DNA from: an uncultured cyanobacterium
Lineage (GTDB): Bacteria; Cyanobacteriota; Cyanobacteriia; Cyanobacteriales; CAWCAG01
Assembly (NCBI GenBank): GCA_963793425.1
Contig: CAWCAG010000002.1
Location: 1 to 62,298 of the forward strand
Length of the DNA: 62,298 nt
Direction: 5' to 3'
A program made the translations under genes and the position numbers. Of this stretch, positions 20,101 through 29,471 are shown in pieces. Within the stretch, counting starts at the first letter, position 1; every line of letters begins with the position of its first letter. The notes below the pieces were generated by a model. The model saw nothing but the letters and a program-made list of their open reading frames with translations, had not been told where the DNA came from and ran no database searches.

Positions 20101-20873
20101 GACTCCATTTCCATCTGGTCTATTTCGTCCCAGTACCTTCTTTCTCTTTTCTCTCTTTTCTGCCTGCTTTTGCTCCCCATCAGGTTCAACTCCTTTAACA
20201 AATGTTATTGGCAATTCGCCATTCTTGAGATGACTAGATTTTAAACCCTTAGCCCATCGGTACTTACCACTTTTTGTAGCACCATCTACCCTGATTTGCC
20301 ACCCTATGGCTCCACCCTTATGGTCAAAGGCTACACAAGCATAGCCAGAAACTTGAGAAAGAAGCTTTCCTCCATATCCCACCCCAGGAAGGTTGGTAGG
20401 GATATCGGCAGGTAACATAGCATGGGGAGAAATCGAGAAAAATAGCCCTTCTGTTATCTGAATATTGGTTAAGCCACGACGCTTTAAATCCTCCCTATGG
20501 CTAGAATTAAGTCCTAATACCTGGGCTATTTTCCTAATAGCTTTGTCCCGCTCAGGAGCTGATAATGCCTCCTGGTATTGACGGCGTTTGTCAGCTTCTC
20601 GCTTGGCTCTTAATTGCTGCTGCTGTCTAATCCAGAGTTCTTTGGGCAACCAGTCTTTGGCTTCTGTGGGTGGGGCATAAACTCCCCAGATACCAGAGGG
20701 GCGGCTTTTTTAAATTCATAGCCAGGGGCATCAACACCGCCATCTATGTATGTGTGGCAAAGGATTAAATCATCTTCACCGTGGCGACAATCGCCGGAGA
20801 TGTCAGAGCAGATGGGGCAAGGATTTGCTCTGTTGGTAGGAGTTCGTTTTGCTTGTCTGGTAAATGTGTTCAT
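17149..20873 (-). CDS. Large cyanobacterial plasmid replication protein (Zn-finger, Toprim-like primase, SF2-type helicase; CyRepA1-like) with an apparent 1-nt frameshift near 20700
   Basis: CPIC...C...CH zinc finger in ORF 20610-20873 continues in -1 frame as SGIWGVY...LPKELWIR (ORF 17149-20649); CEGILKP, PDAGD, SGTGTGKT, LVLDE motifs. Confidence 0.85.
19884..20180 (-). CDS. Putative 98-aa gene nested out of frame inside rep
   Basis: AAAGGAG 9 nt before ATG 20180; MGSKSRQKREK...PYRPSE* coincides with a low-complexity stretch of the Rep frame. Confidence 0.6.
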   Translation of the reverse strand: MGSKSRQKREKRERRYWDEIDQMEMESLRETPVRGMEYKTYEARVLKRLETEPPPYVFFGIKTVFISPKIEKVARYGWDVLTAMGIDPLEIEPYRPSE

Positions 20874-21292
20874 TTTCCTCGTCTTTTTAGTAGAGCGAGG
20901 AAAATCCTTTTTTAGATGGCTGCGCGATCGCTGATAAATTCAAACGTAGTTTTGTGTATGAAATTACACATCTTTAAGTTAAAAAGGAAACTTTATACCC
21001 TGAAATCTAACTTTTTTTGCGAACCTTCTTTACACATTGCATGAATTATCGCTTAAACTGACTGTATATAAACAATTTGATTTTATCCCGCGTGAGGGGA
21101 TTCAATTGGGTGCAAGTGCTGGAAACACTTGCGGGGGATATACAGTCTTTTTGCAACGACTTTGCAACCACCTAAATTTGGATCTTCCTCCCGTTTTTTT
21201 TTTGAATATTTTCTAATGATAGGGAGTTACCCTCCCTAATAGCTATACAGGAAGTTTAATCTTCATATCCAAGTAAGCTTTTCATTAAATAG

Positions 21293-21724
21293 TTACTCTT
21301 GATTAGTAGTGGTTAGCTCAGGCTGATTACCGGGAGAGACAGCTTCTATACTCTCTTTCCGTAATTCATCTAAAGTAGGTACTTGCTCCCACTGTTCTGG
21401 TACAGGAGAGTATTTACAGTAACAAATGGCTACTTCAGAGCGCTCGTACTCAGAACTAATAGCTTGATATCTCTCAACTCTAGTAACAACCCAATCACCA
21501 TTTCTCGAATCTAAACCCCTTGGTTCATGTTCTGTGGGATTAGGCTGAAATCTCCAGAAGCGATACCCAACTTCCGGGACTTTGGCATGAGGGTCATAGT
21601 AGGAGTGTTCAGCGAGGGTATTAGTTAGCCCTCCGATACCATCTTCCCTTTGACTCCAGCCATGTTTTGAGTCTGGCTCGGCTTTAAAAATAATTAACAA
21701 ACTTGTTTTAGTCTTGGTAGTCAT
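21293..21724 (-). CDS. Hypothetical plasmid protein
   Basis: 143-aa ORF overlapping upstream ORF; IIFKAE...GDWVVTRVERY...ICYCKY. Confidence 0.7.
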   Translation of the reverse strand: MTTKTKTSLLIIFKAEPDSKHGWSQREDGIGGLTNTLAEHSYYDPHAKVPEVGYRFWRFQPNPTEHEPRGLDSRNGDWVVTRVERYQAISSEYERSEVAICYCKYSPVPEQWEQVPTLDELRKESIEAVSPGNQPELTTTNQE

Positions 21725-21911
21725 ACCACAACTCCTGAAAGTTTAAAGGCTTTTCATCTTGGAACACACAGTTATAAGGCAGTTGAGAGTCCTTTGATTT
21801 TTCAATGCTAATCAAGTCCTTGCCATATTTCTTAGCCATTTGGTGGCACAGATGAGGTTCTGTAACACTGTGTCGATACAGAACTTTCTTCGGTGGGTCA
21901 TCCTCTGTCAT
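21708..21911 (-). CDS. Small hypothetical protein
   Basis: 67-aa ORF in operon-like packing. Confidence 0.6.
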   Translation of the reverse strand: MTEDDPPKKVLYRHSVTEPHLCHQMAKKYGKDLISIEKSKDSQLPYNCVFQDEKPLNFQELWYDYQD

Positions 21912-21935
21912 AGATTCTTTCTGGTGGTCATTTAG

Positions 21936-22196
21936 TTACTTTTTGTCCTTCTTAACTTTTCTCTGCTCAACCATTACTTTGAAAGCCTCTGCTTTATTAA
22001 GCTTTTCTAGCTGCATAAATAGTCCATCGCTTATACATTGAGCAGCTATAGAGCTTTGCGATTTACCACTCTCCTCCACTACTAGTTGTAATAGCTCGTA
22101 ATCATGGTCAGCTAATGTCACTGTAATTTGCTTTGGCATATTTCTATATTCATATATACACTCCCTATCATCAACTTTTAACTTATCTATCATCAA
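21936..22196 (-). CDS. CopG/ribbon-helix-helix-like regulator (likely start MPKQITVTL)
   Basis: KQITVTL strand, DHDYELLQLVVEESG helix, SQSSIAAQCI helix. Confidence 0.65.
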   Translation of the reverse strand: MMIDKLKVDDRECIYEYRNMPKQITVTLADHDYELLQLVVEESGKSQSSIAAQCISDGLFMQLEKLNKAEAFKVMVEQRKVKKDKK

Positions 22197-22331
22197 CTTT
22201 TTACTCTAACAATCTTCTATTTTGCGCTCTATATCTTGTAACTGGAAAATTAAATAATATCCATCAGTACTTAACTTTTGGATGACTGGTAATCATAATA
22301 ACAGGTATAGACAACTTTGTATTTGCCAACA

Positions 22332-22475
22332 GTTACCACCTGGTAACGCTTGGTAACTACCACGGCAATAGATGGTAACTACCAAATAGGAGTGACAAAA
22401 TGGCTAAAAACATTAGCAGAAAAAGCTTTCAAGACATAATCGACCTGGATTACCACGAAGATGAGGTAACTACCA
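22332..22475. promoter_or_regulatory. Cluster of GGTAAC(TACCA) operator-like repeats
   Basis: Palindrome GTTACCACCTGGTAAC 22332-22347; TGGTAACTACCA at 22351 and 22373; GGTAACTACCA at 22465. Confidence 0.55.
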
Positions 22476-23137
22476 CCTATACAAAAGAAGACTTAGTGAG
22501 GTTAATCGGCAAATCTGAAAAGACGATCCGAAATTGGGTCAAGGCCCTCAAGAATGCTTACCACTGGGAAGCAATTTCAACATTCCACACTAAAAGCGAA
22601 ACAGGAAAATTACTCTATAGCAACTTCACCTACGAGCAACTATTAAGCATCAAAAACTATCTTGCTAGCGGAGGTAATCTGGAGGGCTGGGTGAAGTCTA
22701 TAAGCCAGCAAAAGTCTACTGATTTTGAAGAGGGGGAATTAACAACCTGTAAGCAATCGTTCCCCAGAAAAGAGCTTGAGCAAGAAAGTAACTTGGCTAA
22801 TGACAATCCCCACCAAATAGAAGTACAGCCTCTTACAGAGCTACCAGTATTGCAAGCTGAAGTTGTAGAATTTACGCCGCCAAAGGAGCTACAACAGCGC
22901 TCAATCAATGACAAGTTACAAGATTTGGTACAGCTAGCAACGGCGAAAACTGCTCAAGATATCGAGGAAGCTAACGCAGTAGCAGCCCAAGCAGATGCGG
23001 CGAAACAACAGCTAACTCAACTGTCCAAGCTTCAGCAGATGAGCGAACGAGCGAAAGCTTCTAAAGAGGCTAACCAAGGGACTCTAGAGCAAATGGAGCA
23101 GATGCTAAAAAGTATCAATTCTTCAGTGGGAAAGTAA
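22400..23137 (+). CDS. HTH + coiled-coil protein; possible -1 frameshift extension to 23244
   Basis: TKEDLVRLIGKSEKTIRNW HTH; RBS AGGAG; ends at G GGA AAG TAA. Confidence 0.8.
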   Translation: MAKNISRKSFQDIIDLDYHEDEVTTTYTKEDLVRLIGKSEKTIRNWVKALKNAYHWEAISTFHTKSETGKLLYSNFTYEQLLSIKNYLASGGNLEGWVKSISQQKSTDFEEGELTTCKQSFPRKELEQESNLANDNPHQIEVQPLTELPVLQAEVVEFTPPKELQQRSINDKLQDLVQLATAKTAQDIEEANAVAAQADAAKQQLTQLSKLQQMSERAKASKEANQGTLEQMEQMLKSINSSVGK

Positions 23138-23246
23138 TCATCAGTCTAATCCTGGCTCTAGCACTAGTTTTAACTGGGGTAGGAATAGGCTATTTCATTA
23201 ATGAAGTAACAACACCATCAACTACTAACTATCGAAGGAATTAACA

Positions 23247-23417
23247 ATGCCTCGCCGAAGAGATAATCCCAAGTTTACCCAGGTCAGTGGCTACATTCAA
23301 AAAGAATTAGCCATCAGCTTTAAAATAGCTTGCCAATCATTGGGGTTGAGCTTCGCACAAGGAATCGAACAGTCAATAAAACTATGGCTCAAGCAACAAA
23401 AAAAAGAAAACCAGTAA
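23247..23417 (+). CDS. 56-aa ribbon-helix-helix-like protein (not in ORF track)
   Basis: AAGGA RBS; MPRRRDNPKFTQVSGYIQKELAISFKIACQSLGLSFAQGIEQSIKLWLKQQKKENQ*. Confidence 0.7.
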   Translation: MPRRRDNPKFTQVSGYIQKELAISFKIACQSLGLSFAQGIEQSIKLWLKQQKKENQ

Positions 23418-23433
23418 ATAACCACTAACGAAG

Positions 23434-23631
23434 ATGACTTCCCTTAAACCACCAACTCCTTTGAGTATTGCCCTCGGTAAGGCGATATACGAACTGCAAA
23501 AACGCCAACACCAAAACCCAGACAAAGAAACTGAGGAACTGCTCAATCAAATAGCCACTTACCAACAAAAATTAGTGACAGTTAGTTCGTACCTAACTGC
23601 CACAAATGAGAAAAAGACACAAGCCGCTTAA
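23434..23631 (+). CDS. Small hypothetical protein
   Basis: 65-aa ORF in co-oriented cluster. Confidence 0.5.
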   Translation: MTSLKPPTPLSIALGKAIYELQKRQHQNPDKETEELLNQIATYQQKLVTVSSYLTATNEKKTQAA

Positions 23632-23669
23632 AACTCGTTGACTCAAACTCACAGACCTCAATCATAGCA

Positions 23670-23792
23670 ATGAAAACCAGAAAAATTATAGCCCTAGCTC
23701 TTAGCGCCCTCCTGACGTTCACTTTGGTTACTTTGGTCAACATCTCCTCAGTAACAGCCCAAGCATCCCAGTGTAGAGGGGCAGGAAGGTAA
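23670..23792 (+). CDS. 40-aa secreted peptide precursor ending RGAGR (PatX/PatS-like; not in ORF track)
   Basis: MKTRKIIALALSALLTFTLVTLVNISSVTAQASQCRGAGR*: basic N-region, hydrophobic core, A-Q-A cleavage motif. Confidence 0.65.
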   Translation: MKTRKIIALALSALLTFTLVTLVNISSVTAQASQCRGAGR

Positions 23793-23797
23793 GAAAA

Positions 23798-23840
23798 AGC
23801 AGACTAGGTGCTGTGTCTCCAATACATCAACTAGTCTGCT
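23798..23840 (+). terminator. Stem-loop directly after the peptide gene
   Basis: AGCAGACTAG ... CTAGTCTGCT 10-bp perfect inverted repeat. Confidence 0.6.
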
Positions 23841-23885
23841 GAAGTCTACTTCTACCTTGTCCTTGACCATAAAAATCAGGCTTCT

Positions 23886-24125
23886 TTGATTATGACCCCA
23901 GAAGAATTAAATAAAAGCAAACAGAGGTTAGAGAAGCTAATTTCCTCTCCTTCAACTCCAGAGTTATTAGAACAAAAACTTCAGCAACTCAATAAAAAGG
24001 TTGAAGCAATAACCCAACCACCAGACTGGCTGAATGAATCTCTAACATCTCTCGACAAAAAACAAGCAGAACTAGATCAGAAAATCAAAGACTTAAAGCG
24101 CAAACGGGAGGGAGTAGATGAATAA
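23886..24125 (+). CDS. Small coiled-coil hypothetical protein
   Basis: 79-aa ORF rich in L/E/K/Q. Confidence 0.6.
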   Translation: MIMTPEELNKSKQRLEKLISSPSTPELLEQKLQQLNKKVEAITQPPDWLNESLTSLDKKQAELDQKIKDLKRKREGVDE

Positions 24126-24506
24126 TCTCCCAGAGCCAACCGAATCCCCTCCTGAAGCCGACTTAGAAATGATTGAAGATGGCTTAGAAGAGTTCAAATT
24201 TGAAGAATGGCTAGAGCCAAAGCATTTGACACAGCCATTTCGACCCAACGTACTATTGAGCAATCAAAAGGTAATTACATCGGGCTACAGAGCGATATAG
24301 AAGGAACCAAACAAAGTGCGATCGCCTATGACCTTAATAGAGCCAAAACTTACAAAGATATAGCTTCTAACGCCATCAGCAAGGGTCAATTAGCTCTTGA
24401 GTTACAGATTCAGGTCAACCAACTAGAAGATAGCCAAACCAAACTCAATGAGTTGGATGGTGAATTGGAGCTTTTTCAAAAGAAGTTAGGTGAGTATAGC
24501 TCTTAG
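24118..24506 (+). CDS. Hypothetical protein(s): overlapping ORFs 24118-24300 and 24207-24506, possibly one frameshifted gene
   Basis: GGAG RBS before 24118; coiled-coil character in the second ORF. Confidence 0.45.
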
Positions 24507-24645
24507 CTTTTAGCTCTTAGCTCGACGGGGAAGGGGTAAGGGGTAAAGGGTAAAGGGGTAAAGAATCGACTTATTTGGTTTTTGATAACCGGATTTTGTG
24601 TAATCAGGGAGTAGCCCCTGGTGATAACAGGGGCTAAAGATAAAT

Positions 24646-27600
24646 ATGAAAAAAGAAGATTTAATTCTAGCAATCGGTGGTATTTCTTGCAGTACAGCCA
24701 TCGGTTTTCTATTTGGGGCTGCGGTAACTAGTAGTCTGTCAAGAAGAAACTGACGGATACAATTTAGTTAACTTGATGCGAGCATCTTCAGTGGTAAATT
24801 GCCAATCGACTGGAGTTGAAGTTCGATTCCTTCGTTGCTCCCAAGCCTGCACTTCCTGGATTAAAGTCTCCTCAAAAGGAATACGCCGATTAAGACATTG
24901 CCTGTTTAAAACACTCAATTCAATTTCAGCCATATTTAACCAACTACCATGTTTAGGAGTATAGTAAAACTCTAATTTGTCTAGTATTCGGCGAGCTTCA
25001 CAAGGGCAAAATGCTTTGTACAATGAGGCTTTGACATGAGTATTTAGGTTATCTTGAACCACTCGAATTTTGATAGCCTCTGGGTAACATTCATCCACTA
25101 AGTATTTCATTTGTTGAGCATAATCGATGCTGGTACGTTGGTCAGTTACCTCAACGTGTCTCCAAGCTTTTAAAGGTTCAAAAAACATGAATAAATTTCT
25201 CACTCCTTCTCGTTGGTATTGATAATCAAAGCGTTCAGGTTTTCCAGGTTCAGCAGTTAGGGGTTGTCGCGTTTCGGAAATTAATTGTTTAGAGCTTTCG
25301 TCAAAGCAAACTAACGGGTAACAAGGGTCATAGGGGCGGGTATAAAGCTCTAAAACTTCTTCCATCTGACAAACAAACTCTGCATTAGCTTGAGGAGGAA
25401 TTACCCAACATTCTTGCAGCCAAGGTTTGATTTCGTTTTTTTTAAGACTTGTCTAACACTTTCATGAGAAATACTTTCCACATATCCTAAAACCACCATT
25501 TCGTCAGCTAGTAATCGTAAAGTCCAACGGCTAGAACCTGTTGGAGATTTCCCACAAGCTATGGCAATTAAATGAGCTTCAGCTTCTCCATCTATCTTTT
25601 TTAGTTTCAAGGAGTTTTTCCGACCAGGACTCAGTGCTTGTTCTAATCCTTCTTCGACAAATCTTTGTCTAACTCTCTCAATGGTTCTCGTACTGATATC
25701 CAATGCTTGGCTAATCATCTGGTCATTCCACCCCCCGTTATCTTGATTAATATCTGCTTTGAGTAAGATACGAGCATGATTAATTTTTCGGGCAGCAGCT
25801 TTCCCTTTTTGGGTTAATTCTTGCAGTGAAAAGCGTTCATCCTCACTCAGAGAGACAATATATTTTTTAGCTGGCATTAATAGCGTAGATTTGGCAAGAT
25901 TTACATCTCACATTATCCGTCATTATTACTTTGACAGACTACTAGTTCTCCTGGGAAAATAGCGGCAGCTTCTATATTGGGGGCATTACCTGCGGCTGGT
26001 ATTTCTGGGATAGTAATCGACCACAAGGCTACGAAAAAGCTCTCTAAGGTTGATAGAGCATTAGCTGAGAAGAAAGTAGAGCTAAATAGGCTCTACAGAC
26101 TAGAAATGAAAAATGAGGAGCTTATCGGGGATTTAAAATATCACAAAGCTCAACTCCAAGGTAAGACGAAGGAACTCGAACAAGTAGGGTTATTCGCTAA
26201 TGTACAGACTCAGCAAATTGATAGCCTCAAATCTAACATTGAGAAACTAAAACGGGCGATAGCTTCCAACCAAGAGGAAATAGACTTCTTAAACTCTGAG
26301 ATTAAAGACTGGGCAAGGAAATACGAAGAAGATTTAACCGAGGAAATTGCCAGAGAAGTAGCTCACATCAAACAGAAGAACATTCAGCAGATTTGTACTG
26401 AAGACTTTAGTTTACTCAAAGAACAGCGAACGCTGGATGCGGAGTATCGGCAAGTCATTCTCAAATGTCGTGACGAGGTGCGTTTAAAGACCCAAGGCTG
26501 TCGTCAAGCGGCAGAGAACTATAACGAACTGCTACACAAATTCAGGCATCAATTCAGCACTGAATCTGAGGCCCTTAGAAAGATTATCAAACTGCGAGAA
26601 ACTCAAATCCAGTTCCTACAAAGAGAAAAAGATGGTGAGTTACTAGAACCTGATTACCCCAAAGACTCATTAGACCCAATCATCAAACTCGGTGGGGCAT
26701 TCGCTCGTGAAGTTTGGGATTTATCTAAACAGACCATTCCTTTAAAGCTAGAAGGGCTTAAAGGCGATTACAACGGGATTAGTAGCATTGGCTTTAGCTA
26801 CTCAAGTAAACACTCACCAGAAGCGATTATAGGCTTCATTAAGAGCCAGCAGGAACGTCTAACCCAGCATTTAGGAATCCATAAAATCACTAAGTTTGAG
26901 AAGTCACCTCTATCGGCTCTTTTGGTTGTCTCATTTAGAGTACTTCCAGCACTAACCCAAGACAGCATCAAAGAGCTAGTAGGTAGTGGTGAAGAGTTCC
27001 TAAAGTGGGTAGGGAATCAGTCTTACCGATTCCGCTTAATTGCTGCTCCAGGCTTCGGTAAATCTCCAACCATCATTGTTCTGGTTTCCCACATCTTAAA
27101 AGTGGGAGGAAAAAGAGCGAATATTCCCAGTGGGCAGTTAATCCCAAACATTGATTTAACGCTCTCCTATCCAGGTATTGATGGTAGTGAGAAAGATATT
27201 GATTACCCTTTAGAGCCATTCGTTAAATATCGAACTTGGGAAGATGCCCATACTTCTTTTGCTGAGTTTCATGATGAATGGAAGTACCGAGAAAAGCATA
27301 GAGAATACAGACAGTCCAGTTTCAGTTTATGGGTATGGGATGAATTTGATAATTCTCTGACTAGTGCTAGTAATTCCAGAGAACTAGGCGCAAGCTTTAA
27401 GGAGTGTTTAAAACAGGCACATCATACCAATATGGGCTTTATTATTGCAGGTCAATCGGTCAATACTAAAGCCTTACCTGGATTCACCAACAATGACCGT
27501 AATACTTTATTTACTGAGATTGTTTGCGGCATCCCGGTTATTCGCGAATTTCTCGATATGTATGGCAAAAAGCTAGGTAGTAAAAAGGTAGCTACCATCC

Positions 27601-28059
27601 TAGCTAATCTAGACAATATTGAAGAATGGACTAACAGTAAGAATAAAGCAATTACGGATACGGCACGAGAATATAGAGTAGTTCTGGCTGTTGATGAGAA
27701 AAGTCCTAAACTATTTTTCTTACCTAATCTAGATAACTACGATTTAGATAAGCAAACTGTTAGTAATTCAGCAAAAAATAGAGATACTTTTGTGTCCAAA
27801 GAAGGTACAGAAGCTGTGGGGGGAGACAATCAGACCTGTCGCTGAAGCCAAGTCAGAGGAGAGGTTACAGCCTCCCCAGTCCCAAACCCCATTCACAGCT
27901 TGTGTATCCCCCACCCCCATAGTCCAAAATAATAGTAAACCTCATTGCCCTGGTTGCGGTAGCAATAAAGTAGGTAAGAAATCGAAAGACCGTTTTGTTT
28001 GCAAAAACCCGAATTGTAAACGCAAAACCTTTGTGAAAAGTAAAGCGGTTTGGAAATAA
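24646..28059 (+). pseudogene. Membrane-anchored coiled-coil P-loop ATPase (FtsK/HerA-like) with C-terminal Zn ribbon; interrupted by IS630 and frameshifted near a G6 run
   Basis: Removing the IS restores MKKEDLILAIGG...AAVTSSPGKIAAASILGALPAAG in frame with ORF 25977-27845; AAPGFGKS and WVWDEFD motifs; CPGCGS...CKNPNC in +1 frame after G6 at 27818-27823. Confidence 0.75.
24731..25942 (-). mobile_element. IS630 family element (two-ORF frameshift transposase 25401-25877 + 24739-25365)
   Basis: TIR GTAGTCTGTCAA/TTGACAGACTAC, TA duplication, DE...DNLNTH...TPKHGSWLNMAEIE motifs, A-run at ORF junction. Confidence 0.96.
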
Positions 28060-28074
28060 TGACTAATTGAACAG

Positions 28075-28101
28075 AGCAGTAGATTTTTAAAATCTGCTGC
28101 T
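28075..28101 (+). terminator. Intrinsic terminator
   Basis: AGCAGTAGATTT ... AAATCTGCTGCT stem followed by T tract. Confidence 0.7.
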
Positions 28102-28134
28102 TTTTCCTCTTGAGATTTTGTTTGTACAGTAATT

Positions 28135-28616
28135 ATGCTAAAAGCAGTAGACAGATACAGGTTAAAACACCCTAGACTTTCCCTTAAATCTGTATGGTTA
28201 TGGAATCGAAAGCAGTTACCTGAAAAGCCAGGAATATATTTACTAGTTTCCTTTTGGGAAGTAGTTTATGTGGGCATGAGTGGTAATCTTAATTCTCGTT
28301 GGAACAGTACCGGATTTTACACTCATCACAAACTTAATAAAGCTATAGTTGTTACCTTTAACCAAGGCTCTATTATTTACCCCTGATTGGATATTCTCAA
28401 GAACAGGTTTTGCTCTTAGAGCATGAGACAATCAGCCATTTTAAAAGTAAGAATCAAGCTAAGTGGAATGGTATCAAAGAAGTACCAGGGAAGTTAATAA
28501 TAGACCTCTATACCCATTTGGGAATGGTGATCTTAGCTTTGATACTGAGTTTGTTATTTAGTCAGTTAACCCCAGTCTGGATGATCACGGCAGGGGTTTA
28601 TTTTTTATGGGGTTAG
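28135..28616 (+). pseudogene. GIY-YIG nuclease with C-terminal hydrophobic helices, 1-nt frameshift near 28360
   Basis: PGIY...VYVGMSGNLNSRW...HHK then -1 frame PRLYYLPL...LLLEHETI...WNG and a TM-like tail. Confidence 0.7.
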
Positions 28617-28671
28617 TTAGAAGTGGAGTACTGGAGTTAGTAGATTTGATAATTTTCTGAAAACTTTCCAC

Positions 28672-29313
28672 TTAGGTTCGTTCAGTCCTACCCCTCAGTT
28701 GCTGGAGTAATTCAATAGTAGGAAGGTAACGATTTCCTTGTTGGTCATACCAGTACAACCACTCCCTAGTCCAACTATTAAACTCCCGACATTCTCTACC
28801 TATTCCTAATCCTATCTCTGGCAGCCAAACCGGTTCTCCTGACTGCTTAACATACACCCCATTCTCCAAGCGATGTACTTCAAAAGCTTCACCTTTTTCA
28901 CTGTGGTAGCGATCACCATCGTAGATTACATAATAAAGAATCCCTAACTGAGCGTACAAATCCTTCTTAATATCGTACTCACCACGGTAGTGTTGAGAAA
29001 CACATTCTAATACCAGGATAGGCTTAACGTAATCTTCTTCCCACAAAACATAACTTAAACGCCCATTATCATCTTTTCTTGTTTCGATACCAACACTCAA
29101 AAAAGCATCTGGAGAAATAGCTTCTTCGCCAGGATCATAGTAATAACCCATATCAATAGCAAAAAAGATATCATTGCGGTGTCGCCAAATAAAGTAGAGG
29201 GTTTCGAGAAGAAGGAAAGGGACAGCCCTATGCAATTCATCATCTGCTGGTTCAAAGTCAACCGAAGGTAACTCTTCCCCTTTGGGGAGATTAGATGGAT
29301 CGTACTCAAACAT
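28672..29313 (-). CDS. Uma2 family protein
   Basis: ISPDAFLSVG, SYVLWEE, LVLECVS, YDIKKDLYAQLGILYY. Confidence 0.92.
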   Translation of the reverse strand: MFEYDPSNLPKGEELPSVDFEPADDELHRAVPFLLLETLYFIWRHRNDIFFAIDMGYYYDPGEEAISPDAFLSVGIETRKDDNGRLSYVLWEEDYVKPILVLECVSQHYRGEYDIKKDLYAQLGILYYVIYDGDRYHSEKGEAFEVHRLENGVYVKQSGEPVWLPEIGLGIGRECREFNSWTREWLYWYDQQGNRYLPTIELLQQLRGRTERT

Positions 29314-29471
29314 AGTTCTATCTTGATTAGCAGAGGTTATAAAATTAGGTATATCAATACAATTGTATTAATATGATAGCAACCGAAAGTAAACCTCACT
29401 AGTAATGTGCTAGTTATGACTAGTGAAGGAAGAATCTATGAGCTAGGAATAAGACTCAAGGGATAACAACT

